NCBI GenBank assembly: GCA_965208575.1
Contig: CBDBOV010000002.1
Span: 288,001-352,000, forward strand
Origin: Spirochaetia bacterium
Lineage (GTDB): Bacteria; Spirochaetota; Spirochaetia; SZUA-6; Bin103
Direction: 5' to 3'
DNA: 64,000 nucleotides
The notes below the pieces were generated by a model. The model did not search any database and was not told the origin of the DNA. It worked only from the letters and a program-made list of their open reading frames with translations. The stretch's first letter is position 1. Each line of letters starts with the position of its first letter. Of this stretch, positions 20,895 through 30,083 are shown piece by piece. The position numbers were made by a program, and so were the translations under genes.

Positions 20895-21893
20895 ATGCAA
20901 CTCCTATATCGAATAGTTGTTCAGTTGGAGGAGGCAAAGCGCTTCATCCTCGATGGAGACGATGAACGTCTTCGTCTGGCCTTAATATTGCTTGATAACG
21001 CCGCCGAAGTGATAATGAATCGTTTTATCGATGGCGAGGTTAGTCACGCGCGGACGTACGCTAAATTGCTGAAGATGTTTCCCAAGGGTCCGCTCGATGT
21101 CAAGAGTAAGGCCCTGAAACGAGAATTCGAAGAAAAGATCATCCCGTCGCGCCGCCAAAGGAAGATCGAGCACAACTTCAACGAGAAGCTGATGTATCTG
21201 AGCAACGACTGCCAGTGTATGCCTACTCCGACCGCGTGTGCCCTACGACGTTTGCACAAGTATCGGAACGAGACACAGCATCACGACCTGATCCGAGAGG
21301 GATCAATACGTCCAGCCGTATTGGTACTCTTTGACATCGCCGTGGACCTCCTCGTGAGCCTCCATACAGGAGTGGTCTGGACTTCCAACGAAGACTATGG
21401 ATGGCTACTGAGGTACGGGTTCTCAGATGCCTTCACTCGCTTCCCCTGGCGAGGCACCGACGGAGACGACTTACTATCACGCATCGCCACGGGGCTCCGT
21501 TCTGGCCTCCAATTGGACACCATGGGGATACGGAGAGCTCTTGTTGCGCACTTGACTGACCGGCTCGACGCGATGAACAATGATCTGATGTTCGTGGCGG
21601 ACAATTGGTTCGTCGGGCCCGATCCGGCACGCACACTAAAAGCCATCCAATTCTGTCATCCCCAGGGTCCCGAATGTGAGTGGCAGGAATTCGAACCGAC
21701 CTACGATCTCGATTCGTTCACGGAGTGGCGAGGCGCTATCACGAAGATGAACTCGGCGGACAAGCTCCTGATGTTTGGTGAGTTTGCCACCATCGAAGAT
21801 GGGTTTGAGCCACTTGAGGCGATGATCGGAGACGCAGCATCAGAGATTGATCGACGAATTCAGGAGAAAATTGATTTGATGCGGGGGAAGTGA
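20895..21893 (+). CDS. Hypothetical protein with HEPN-like Rx4H motif
   Basis: N-terminal helix LRLALILLDNAAE and LHKYRNETQH; lower-GC standalone ORF. Confidence 0.6.
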   Translation: MQLLYRIVVQLEEAKRFILDGDDERLRLALILLDNAAEVIMNRFIDGEVSHARTYAKLLKMFPKGPLDVKSKALKREFEEKIIPSRRQRKIEHNFNEKLMYLSNDCQCMPTPTACALRRLHKYRNETQHHDLIREGSIRPAVLVLFDIAVDLLVSLHTGVVWTSNEDYGWLLRYGFSDAFTRFPWRGTDGDDLLSRIATGLRSGLQLDTMGIRRALVAHLTDRLDAMNNDLMFVADNWFVGPDPARTLKAIQFCHPQGPECEWQEFEPTYDLDSFTEWRGAITKMNSADKLLMFGEFATIEDGFEPLEAMIGDAASEIDRRIQEKIDLMRGK

Positions 21894-22276
21894 TCGGTGG
21901 ATTTCCTATAGTGGGGTGCTCTGGGCTTGCTAGGTGACGACGGCGCGTACAGCCTGGTCGGCAGACTGACATCCTGCCGGCCCCCATCAGCATCCCTTCG
22001 GTGGTGTTGCAGCCTGAGACCGACTCACATGAGTCGCTCAACCATCTCCGTGTACGGGCACTGGATGTTGAAATCGGGCGAGCCGCGGCGATTGAGCGGG
22101 AGTACGACCGGAGCGTGGCGTTCGCCGTTGGCTTCCGATAACTGTCGCCCTCGGGATCGCCAACTACCGAGACTCATGCTTGACGCTGCGGCGCCAGTTG
22201 AGGATAATGACGCGGCGAGTGCCGGGGCACCTCGCCGTCGGTGTTACCTACAATCTCTCGTGGAGCAATGTCGGCT

Positions 22277-22603
22277 ATGCACAGCGTGATCAAGGATGTC
22301 ATCGAGAACCGCAGGATGCTGCGGTTCTCCGGTACGGACCGTTACCTCTATCTCGATAAGAGCAACAGCAACTACATGATCCTGGACTGCCAGAGGCCAT
22401 CCGGAAAGAGCGTCGCTGAGTCGGGGGCCTGGAAGGAGGGGCCGGGAGGCGGGGTGGTCTTCTCTGGAGAAGGATTGTTGCAGAAGCACTCCCTCACAGC
22501 AAATACGGATGGGGCACTGACTGTCGACGGGGATCCGGTGATGATCGAGGACCCTCCTTGGGAATGCGTGAAGGAGCTTCGTTATTGGCGTGCTGGGTCT
22601 TAG
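22277..22603 (+). CDS. Small hypothetical protein
   Basis: Protein-like composition and codon usage; GGAG upstream; no recognised motif; start uncertain (22241/22268/22277). Confidence 0.4.
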   Translation: MHSVIKDVIENRRMLRFSGTDRYLYLDKSNSNYMILDCQRPSGKSVAESGAWKEGPGGGVVFSGEGLLQKHSLTANTDGALTVDGDPVMIEDPPWECVKELRYWRAGS

Positions 22604-22841
22604 CGGATGTCGAAGTATCGGCGAAGTCGTCCAGCGGCGCGTCGAAGTCCGGGGCGATGTAGGTGAACGTCCCCTTGGCGAAACCGGCCCGACGCGCCCT
22701 GCTCGGCGGCGTGACCGGCCTGAGTTCCGCAATCCGTTTGCCGCGGCAGGTCAGGTAGAAGCTCTTTCCTTCGAGCACCTGATTCAACAACTCCGAAAGC
22801 TTGGTCTTCGCATCCAACGTACCGATCTCTTCAATCTGCAA
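22494..22841 (-). CDS. Phd/YefM-family antitoxin, orphan; real homology ends near 22615
   Basis: IGTLDAKTKLSELLNQVLEG..LTCRGKRIAELRP..GFAKG..IAPDFDAPLDDF. No PIN toxin follows. Confidence 0.75.
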   Translation of the reverse strand: MQIEEIGTLDAKTKLSELLNQVLEGKSFYLTCRGKRIAELRPVTPPSRARRAGFAKGTFTYIAPDFDAPLDDFADTSTSAKTQHANNEAPSRIPKEGPRSSPDPRRQSVPHPYLL

Positions 22842-22880
22842 GTCAACTGACTCCCCTGGTGAGCGATGCGGGCTAGGTGG

Positions 22881-23112
22881 TCAGCAGCACGGTGGTGCCA
22901 CGAGATCGCGGATCAGCGCCCATACCTCCAGGCGGCTGCGCGGGTCGATGCCGGTGTTCGGCTCGTCCAGGAGCAGCACGTCGGGGCGCCCCACCAGCGA
23001 GGCGGCCAGGTCGAGGCGCCGCTTCATGCCGCCGGAGTAGGTGCGCACCAGGCGGTCGGCGTCACTTCCCAGCGAGAACCGCCCCAGCACCTCCGCGGCG
23101 CACTCACGGGCG
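22881..23112 (-). pseudogene. Internal fragment of a DrrA-like ABC ATP-binding gene
   Basis: [33 protein letters not shown] (signature + Walker B) with no Walker A. Confidence 0.85.
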
Positions 23113-23183
23113 GACCAAGATACCCATTCCGACGCGGGCGAGGAGATGAACTCAAAGTGAACGAGTAGTACGATGGAATGCAT

Positions 23184-23320
23184 GAGACTCGCTCCACCGC
23201 GTTGCGGGCGGCGCTGACCGCGACGCAGGACTTCCGGGGCATCACCGGCGTCCTCTCTTGCGACCCCTTCGGCGACTGGGGCACGGGGCGCATCAACATC
23301 TGTCACCACCGCGACCGCCG
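23184..23320 (+). pseudogene. C-terminal fragment of a branched-chain amino acid ABC solute-binding protein
   Basis: [26 protein letters not shown] resembles the LivJ-family C-terminal FxGxTGxxxFDxxGD. Confidence 0.55.
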
Positions 23321-23524
23321 CACCCCGGCGGTGGGGAATCGTAATGACCCTGCCCCTGGGGAATGAGATGACCCTTGACAAGTCGATGCGCAGGTCGTAG
23401 AGCAGGCGCCGGCCCAAGTACTCCGCCGTGCGAGATGAGGGAGACACCAATCACTCTGGTTCATGTCAAATCACTCGTCAACCAAACGCAATCGCGCCGG
23501 TCGCGCCCGCCGGTTGCTACGAAG

Positions 23525-24646
23525 CTACGAATGTGCGGCGAGGTGGGGGGCGATGCGGTCTTCGTTGAGTTCGTAGCCGAGGCCGGGGGCGGTCGGGGGG
23601 ATGATGTGGCCGTCCTGCCAGGCGATCGGCTCGGTGAGGATGTCGCGGTGGAACTCGGAGAAGGTCTCGATGCCCTCCTGGATGAGGAAGTTGGGCGAGC
23701 ACACGTCGACGTGGATCGCCGCGGCGGCGGCGAACGGGCCGCCCCATACGTGCGGGGCGATGTGCGCGTAGTGGGTCTCGGCCATGGTGGCGATCTTCCG
23801 GGTCTCCGAGATGCCGCCGGTGATCGACAGGTCCATCTGGATGATCGAGGCGGCCTGCTTGTGCAGCAGCGGCAGGAACTCCCAGCGGGTCATGAGCCGT
23901 TCGCCGGTGGCCACCGGGATCGAGGTGGCCTGCGCCACGCGCGCCATCTCGTCGACGTTGCCGGGCGCGACGGGCTCCTCGAACCACAGCGGCTCGTAGG
24001 GTTCGAGGCGCCTGGCGAGGCGGATGGCGGCGTGGGTGGTCAACTGGCCGTGGGTGCCGATGAGGATGTCGCAGCGGTCGCCGGCCGCCTCGCGCATCGC
24101 CTTCACCACCGCTTCGACGTAGGAGAGGGTCTCCAGGCGGTGCGGCTCCAGGCCGCCCACCGGGTCCAGCTTGACGGCCGTGAACCCGCGCTCCATGTAG
24201 CGCAGCATGTCGTCCGCCGCCTTCTCGGGGGGATCGCCCATCTTCCAGCCGTACAGGTAGGTGTAGGCGCGCAGCTTGTCGTGGAACAGGCCGCCGAGCA
24301 GGTTGTACACCGGCTCGCCGAGCGCCTTGCCGGCGATGTCCCAGCACGCCATGTCGATGGCGCTCAGCACCGGGGTGGCGATGGGGCCGGGGTGCAGCAC
24401 CGCGTGGCGCCGGAACACGTCCCACCAGATGCGCTCCCGGCGCATCGGATCGGCCCCCTTCAGGATCGACTCGAAGATCTCCTGCGCCACCTGCAGCGCC
24501 GAACGCCGGTGGGTGCCGTGCCAGGTGCACTCGCCGGTGCCCTCGATGCCGTCGTCGGTGATGAGCTTGATGAACAGCCAGTATTTGCCGCCCTTGCCGG
24601 GCGGCGGCACCGGCACGAAGTACCCCTCGAACCGCTCGATCTTCAT
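23525..24646 (-). CDS. Mandelate racemase/muconate lactonizing enzyme family (sugar-acid dehydratase-like)
   Basis: SAIDMACWDIAGKALGEPVYNLLGG, KLD, WFEEP, ATGERL, APH, PTAPGLG. Confidence 0.9.
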   Translation of the reverse strand: MKIERFEGYFVPVPPPGKGGKYWLFIKLITDDGIEGTGECTWHGTHRRSALQVAQEIFESILKGADPMRRERIWWDVFRRHAVLHPGPIATPVLSAIDMACWDIAGKALGEPVYNLLGGLFHDKLRAYTYLYGWKMGDPPEKAADDMLRYMERGFTAVKLDPVGGLEPHRLETLSYVEAVVKAMREAAGDRCDILIGTHGQLTTHAAIRLARRLEPYEPLWFEEPVAPGNVDEMARVAQATSIPVATGERLMTRWEFLPLLHKQAASIIQMDLSITGGISETRKIATMAETHYAHIAPHVWGGPFAAAAAIHVDVCSPNFLIQEGIETFSEFHRDILTEPIAWQDGHIIPPTAPGLGYELNEDRIAPHLAAHS

Positions 24647-24749
24647 GGCACCTGAAGGTAGTGATGATTGTCCGTCGGCGCAATCAAGCTCGAAAGACGC
24701 GCACTCCGTCGCGCTTGACGGAGCGTTCCGATTAGCGTTACGCTGAGCC

Positions 24750-25031
24750 GTGATAAGGAGCTTCGCGGACAAGACCACCGCGGCGATCTTTCTTGGTCGC
24801 GGCGTGCGAGGCTTGCCGACGCAGATCCAGCCACGGGCGCGCGCAAAGCTCCTGGTGATCGATGCAGCCCGCAGGCTCAGCGATCTGCGCTCGCCACCGG
24901 GCAATCGGCTCGAAGCTCTGCAGCACGACCGTCGCGGCCAACACAGTATCCGCATCAACGAGCGATGGCGCATCTGCTTTGCGTGGCGCGATGACGACGC
25001 GTGGGACGTGGAGATCGTCGACTACCACTAA
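24750..25031 (+). CDS. higB: HigB (RelE/ParE-family) toxin
   Basis: MIRSFADK..LRSPPGNRLEALQHDRRGQHSIRINERWRICF..VEIVDYH. Confidence 0.92.
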   Translation: MIRSFADKTTAAIFLGRGVRGLPTQIQPRARAKLLVIDAARRLSDLRSPPGNRLEALQHDRRGQHSIRINERWRICFAWRDDDAWDVEIVDYH

Positions 25032-25044
25032 CGGGAGGGAAGGC

Positions 25045-25398
25045 ATGGCCATCAAGCGTGAGGAACTGGACCGGCGGGAAGTAGACCTGTCGGACGTGGT
25101 GTCGGAACAGCGGCTCCCCCCGGTGCACCCCGGCCAGATTCTGCGCGACGACTACCTGGTGCCGATGGGGATGAGCGTGTACCGGCTCGCGCAGGAGCTC
25201 AGGATGCCGCGCCCCAGGTTGAATGACGTCGTGCTCGGGCGCCGCGCAGTGACGGTCGATACCGCGCTGCGCCTCGGCTACTACTTGGGAACCACCCCGG
25301 AGTTCTGGATCAATCTTCAGACCCGCTATGACCTCGACGTGGCCGACCGTACCGTCCGGCGCCGGATCGAGCAGGAAATCAAGCCGTACGCCGCATAA
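25045..25398 (+). CDS. higA: HigA antitoxin (XRE HTH)
   Basis: PVHPGQILRDDYL..VTVDTALRLG..TTPEFWINLQTRYDL; RBS GGAGG upstream. Confidence 0.92.
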   Translation: MAIKREELDRREVDLSDVVSEQRLPPVHPGQILRDDYLVPMGMSVYRLAQELRMPRPRLNDVVLGRRAVTVDTALRLGYYLGTTPEFWINLQTRYDLDVADRTVRRRIEQEIKPYAA

Positions 25399-25454
25399 CT
25401 CTCCCGCTCCGGGATGGGCCAAGAGCGGCGCCGGTAGGCGGCGGTTTTGGGGCG

Positions 25455-26333
25455 CTATGGGACTGACCCGGCGGCGCCGGCGTCGAGACCGCCGGCACCG
25501 CCCCTGAGCCGGGGGTCGAGCAGGTCGCGGACGGCGTCGCCGAACATGTTGAGACAGTAAACGGTAATGGTCAGGGCGAGACCCGGCCAGAGAGCCAGCC
25601 GCGGCGCTATCTCCATGAACTCGCGTCCTTCCCGGCTGAGCAGGCCTCCCCACTCCGGAATCGTGAATGGCAGGCCGTATCCGAGGAAGCCCAGAGAAGC
25701 GATACTCAGGATCACGCCCCCGATGTTGATGCTGAACCCGATGATTATCACCGGCATGATATTGGGTACGACATGGCGGAAAAATGCCCTCCATTTCGAG
25801 CTGCCGAGCGCCTCTGCCGACTCGAAATACACATTCTCCTTGATGTCGATAACCGCGCCTCGCAACACTCTCGAGCCGCCGATGCCTCCGGCTATCCCCA
25901 GGACCAGGATTATCTGCGGCACACCGCGCCCGACGATCGACATCATCGTCAACAACAGGAGCAGTGCCGGAAACGACATCCAGGCGTCGACAAATCGCTG
26001 CACGCCGAGGTCCAGTTTGCCGCCCAGGAACCCCGACGTGCCACCGATCAGGGTACTGACCACGACACCAAGCGCGGTCGTGGCCAGACCGACCAGCAAC
26101 GAGGTGCGGGCCCCGTGGATGATGCGGCTCAACGAGTCTCGTCCCAACTGGTCGGTACCGAGGAGATACTGGGCCGAGGGACCCTTCATCATGTCACGAA
26201 TGTGTGGCTCATCATATGGATAGGGGGCCAGCACATCGGCAAAGATACCCACCAGAACCAGAATCACTATGACAACCCCGCTGGCAGCACCGAGCGGCTT
26301 TTCGGTCACCAGTCTGACCAGGAAATCAGCCAT
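25455..26333 (-). CDS. Peptide/nickel ABC transporter permease (DppC-like)
   Basis: LGTDQLGRD, ESAEALG EAA loop, GDAVRDLLDPR. Confidence 0.92.
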   Translation of the reverse strand: MADFLVRLVTEKPLGAASGVVIVILVLVGIFADVLAPYPYDEPHIRDMMKGPSAQYLLGTDQLGRDSLSRIIHGARTSLLVGLATTALGVVVSTLIGGTSGFLGGKLDLGVQRFVDAWMSFPALLLLLTMMSIVGRGVPQIILVLGIAGGIGGSRVLRGAVIDIKENVYFESAEALGSSKWRAFFRHVVPNIMPVIIIGFSINIGGVILSIASLGFLGYGLPFTIPEWGGLLSREGREFMEIAPRLALWPGLALTITVYCLNMFGDAVRDLLDPRLRGGAGGLDAGAAGSVP

Positions 26334-27333
26334 AACGGACCCTCGGATCGAGGTAGGGATAGGTCAGGTCGATGATGAGATTACCCCCTACCACGGCGCC
26401 GGCGAACACCAGGTTTACCGCGGACACCACCGGGTAGTCTCTGCCTTCGAGTGAATTCAGAAAGAGACGACCCAACCCCGGCAGGTTGAATATGTTCTCC
26501 ATGATGACGGAGCCGCCTACCAGCAGGGGCAACTGCATGCCCATCAGGGTAACTACCGGGATGAGGGCATTCTTGGTGGCGTGCCTTACAACGACCACCC
26601 GCTCACTGAGGCCCTTCGACCAGGCAGTCCTGATATAGTCTTGCCTGAGCACCCCCAGCATCATGGTGCGCGTCAACCGCATCGTGCCTGCCGCCATGGC
26701 CGTCCCCAGAATCAGGCTGGGAATGATGAGTACCGCGAGATTCCCCAGCGGATCTTCGGTGAAAGGAACCCAGTCCATCGGCGGCGCCCAGCCCCACCAG
26801 ATGGCCGGGTAGATCATGACCATCAGGGCCAGCCAGAAGTTGGGCGTTGCCAGGCCGATGATGGCGATGGTGCGGCCCGCGTAGTCGGCAGCCGTATCCT
26901 GGCGCATCGCCGAGTAGATGCCGACCGGCAGCGCTATCAGGAGCCCGATAACGATTGCCATGGCGCCGAGCTCGATGGTGAGCGGCAATCTACCGAGTAT
27001 CCTCTCCTCTATCGAGAAACCGCCAAACATCCATGATTCGCCAAGCGTGCCTTGCAGAACCCCTCTGAAGTGGGACTCACCGGTAACCGGGTCAGGGGTC
27101 GGCAACACGCCCATCCAGCGTCCGTACTGCACGTGGACCGGCACGTCCAGGCCCAGATAACGCTCAATAGCTTCACGGTCAATCTCGATGGCCGAACCAT
27201 AGGACTGCATCCTGTTCTCCATCGCGTCTATGATGTCGCCGGGGAGGAAGCGGACCGCGAGAAAGACCAGAATCGTCAATATGAACAAGGTGGGGATCGC
27301 CAGCAACAACCGCCTGATGATATAGGCTCTCAA
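26326..27333 (-). CDS. Peptide/nickel ABC transporter permease (DppB-like)
   Basis: YIIRRLL, DYIRTAWSKGL, HATKNALIP, DLTYPYLDPRV. Confidence 0.92.
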   Translation of the reverse strand: MRAYIIRRLLLAIPTLFILTILVFLAVRFLPGDIIDAMENRMQSYGSAIEIDREAIERYLGLDVPVHVQYGRWMGVLPTPDPVTGESHFRGVLQGTLGESWMFGGFSIEERILGRLPLTIELGAMAIVIGLLIALPVGIYSAMRQDTAADYAGRTIAIIGLATPNFWLALMVMIYPAIWWGWAPPMDWVPFTEDPLGNLAVLIIPSLILGTAMAAGTMRLTRTMMLGVLRQDYIRTAWSKGLSERVVVVRHATKNALIPVVTLMGMQLPLLVGGSVIMENIFNLPGLGRLFLNSLEGRDYPVVSAVNLVFAGAVVGGNLIIDLTYPYLDPRVRYG

Positions 27334-27407
27334 GTCGCCGACCTCATTCGGGAGCTGGGAAGTGCGCTCGGACGCGACGACCTCCCAACTCCGTTCTTCT
27401 TCAAACC

Positions 27408-29240
27408 CTAAAAGCCCATCGACTCCTTCAACTCCTGGTCGATCCAGAAGCGGGCGCCAAAGGTGTATTCGAATTGATTACCTCCCAGTATCAATTCTCC
27501 GCTATAGCCTTTGACCCACGGCTGGGTCACGCTCGTCCATGGTATTACATTACCGGCAAATACGGCCCAGTGCCGCTCTATCGCGTACATATTCAACTCT
27601 CGCGCCAACAGGTCTTGCTGTTCTTCCGTGCTTACCTTCTCGGCGGCTGCCAACATGGCGTCAAAAACCGGATCGTTCACATTGGCGGCGTTCCAACCAC
27701 CATCAGTCCCGTACGCGGCCATGGTCCCCCAAGGCGGTTTCGTCCCCGTGGCGGCCATTGTGTTATTGAACATGTCCCAATCTCTCGCTTCCACTCTAGG
27801 CCGCATCTCCGCACCTGGCACTGGTTCAATCTCTACCTCGACGCCAATGTCGCGATAGTATGTAGCGGCTAACAATTCTATGTAGCTCAGGTCTTGCGCA
27901 TCATGCCAAGCCAAGTGGGCCTTGAACCTGATGCCGTCGGCATCGCGCGGATACCCCGCCTCGTCAAGGAGCTCCTCGGCACCTTCCGGGTCATACACAT
28001 AGCTTTTCTTGACCTCTTCTGGCCACTCTTCAAATGGGATGCCAGCCACTGGGACATCGTTGGCAACCAGTCCCTGAGGCCCCCACGTTCCCCACCCCTT
28101 GAAGTAGGTGTCGTGCAGTGTCTCAAGGTCCAGTGCCATCTGCATTGCCTTGCGCACCCGGATGTCATCAAAGGGCGCCCTTTGCGTGTTCATGCCAAAA
28201 CTATTGTTCGTCCTTACCAAGTGCTCCCATACCACGATTTCGGGGTTGGTCCGCTGCAGGCTTTCCACCTTATCGATGCTGTTGAGCGGCGGCGGATAGG
28301 ACAGCGGGGCACCGGAGTAATCGATCTGACCCGTGCGCAGTGCCGCAATCCGTGTTGCCGGTTCTGGCATCACCTTGACCCTGAACTCGTCGACATACGG
28401 CAACCGGTTACCCGGAAACTTTTCGTCATGTCCCCAGTAGTTTGGATTCTTGGTAAGGGTCATCGAGCTGCCCTCGACAAGGTCAGTCAGCATCCAGGGT
28501 CCAGTGCCGACCACGTTCCTCCAATCCTTCATATCCCCGTATTCATCGATGACCTCCCGTGCAACAATAAAGTGCACTACAGGGGAGATGATACTACGTA
28601 GCGCACGGGCGTCTGGCCGCGTCAGCTTGAAGACGACCGTCCACTCGTCGGTTGCCGTTATCGATTCGATCGGCATCGTGTTCCACCCATCCCAATGCAG
28701 GCCGGGGTGGGGTTCGGCTTCCGAGAATTCGCCCATGGCAAGATTGCGGTGAAAGGTATACTCCACGTCATCGGCAGTCATCTCTCGGCCATTCACCGGT
28801 GGCTTATCGTGCCAATGAACGCCCGGGCGGATGTGGATGGTGTAGGTGAGGCCGTCCTCGGAAATTTCCCAGCTCTCCGCCAGCGCCCCTCTTAAGGCAA
28901 ACAAAGGAATAGCATAGCTTGACCAGTCGAATACGTCCCTGTCTATTGCCCAGTCGCCAATGCTCAGCGGCTCCAGAGTACCATGGAGCAGGCTGTGGGT
29001 GGCCCAGGCCGTGGAATAATACGGGTCAGCGGTCGGAGGAAAGCCACCCGACTTGGACATGGTCAATGTCCCGCCATACTCCGGCGCCGTCACCATCTTG
29101 CCGGTGGCCGGGTCGAGCACCATCTCTTTCTCGGCGGCTGCGGCCGGCTCCTCTTCCGCCGCCGCGGCCCAGAGGCCGGTTGCGGTCAGAACGAGGACCA
29201 GCCCAACCGCGAGGGTCCTTGTAATGTGTACGATGTGCAT
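27408..29240 (-). CDS. ABC family-5 solute-binding protein, copy A
   Basis: Signal peptide, LAESWEISEDG, GTGPW, PFDDIRVRKAM; GGAG RBS before ATG 29240. Confidence 0.92.
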   Translation of the reverse strand: MHIVHITRTLAVGLVLVLTATGLWAAAAEEEPAAAAEKEMVLDPATGKMVTAPEYGGTLTMSKSGGFPPTADPYYSTAWATHSLLHGTLEPLSIGDWAIDRDVFDWSSYAIPLFALRGALAESWEISEDGLTYTIHIRPGVHWHDKPPVNGREMTADDVEYTFHRNLAMGEFSEAEPHPGLHWDGWNTMPIESITATDEWTVVFKLTRPDARALRSIISPVVHFIVAREVIDEYGDMKDWRNVVGTGPWMLTDLVEGSSMTLTKNPNYWGHDEKFPGNRLPYVDEFRVKVMPEPATRIAALRTGQIDYSGAPLSYPPPLNSIDKVESLQRTNPEIVVWEHLVRTNNSFGMNTQRAPFDDIRVRKAMQMALDLETLHDTYFKGWGTWGPQGLVANDVPVAGIPFEEWPEEVKKSYVYDPEGAEELLDEAGYPRDADGIRFKAHLAWHDAQDLSYIELLAATYYRDIGVEVEIEPVPGAEMRPRVEARDWDMFNNTMAATGTKPPWGTMAAYGTDGGWNAANVNDPVFDAMLAAAEKVSTEEQQDLLARELNMYAIERHWAVFAGNVIPWTSVTQPWVKGYSGELILGGNQFEYTFGARFWIDQELKESMGF

Positions 29241-29617
29241 ACGTAACTCCAGTTGTTGATGTGTGAGAGTATTGCGCAGCCAATTGCTGCGTTTTCGCCA
29301 CTCTCGCGCCCGCACCGCAGGCGCCCGGACGGAGTCGAATTCACTTGCCAGCGCGCGGCGTGCGACTCAAGGGCCCACGCCCTTCACGCCGCGCGCGAGT
29401 GCGGTTCCTTGAGTATCATTCTGCGCCTCCGATGCACCGGCAAGAGCCGGCGGGGTTGTGGTGAATGAAGGAGTGATACGACCGAAGAGTGAGGGACCCA
29501 TAACTTCGCGGTGCCGGACGGCGGCGCCACACATGGCGTGCCGCTACCTCGGCGCTGAAGGCGCCCGCGGTGTGATGGTGGCGTCTCATCCCAATCCGCC
29601 GTTCTCTGAATGCCCGA

Positions 29618-29646
29618 ATCGTCGCACGCGGGCGGCAGCCTGTCAA
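29618..29646 (-). promoter_or_regulatory. Sigma70-type promoter for SBP copy A
   Basis: TTGACA-17nt-GACGAT with extended TG; conserved in copy B. Confidence 0.55.
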
Positions 29647-29701
29647 CCTCCCGTTGGAGCGATACTTGCGCCGGCGTGTGTATTACCGTCATTCTTGACG
29701 T

Positions 29702-29974
29702 ATGACGATGTTGAGCTTTCGGGTGCAGGAAGCGGACGCGCAAGCGGCCACCCATTGGGCAGCCGCACTGGGCGTTGACCGGTCGGACCTGTTGCGGGAG
29801 GCGCTCCGCCGCCACCTGGTCAGTCTGGCGGCGGCGAAAGAAGTGGCCGCGTACACCCGGTCGCCGCTCGATGCCGGCGAGCGGTCGCTGTCGGCAATCG
29901 CCGATTGGGGGCCGGCCGAGGAGTGGTCCGACTGGTCCGATGCCGCGGCCACTGGCGAGCATGAGACGCGGTGA
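29702..29974 (+). CDS. Ribbon-helix-helix (MazE-like) antitoxin
   Basis: MLSFRV..RSDLLREALRRHL; overlaps a PemK/MazF start. Confidence 0.8.
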   Translation: MTMLSFRVQEADAQAATHWAAALGVDRSDLLREALRRHLVSLAAAKEVAAYTRSPLDAGERSLSAIADWGPAEEWSDWSDAAATGEHETR

Positions 29975-30083
29975 AGTCTCGTTCGCGGCCACGCCGGGTG
30001 GGGACCGCCCCGTGCTGGTGCTGACCCGCGACCCGGTCGCCGGCCGCGACGACCTCCCAGCTCCGTTCTTCTTCAAACCCTAA
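29961..30083 (+). pseudogene. PemK/MazF toxin truncated at the duplication junction (~30045)
   Basis: MRRGEVSFAATPGGDRPVLVLTRDPVA, then runs directly into duplication unit B. Confidence 0.82.

Larger units (their letters stand above)
27374..29676. repeat. Duplication unit A (SBP gene + leader + promoter)
   Basis: Aligns end to end with 30046..32428. Confidence 0.88.
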
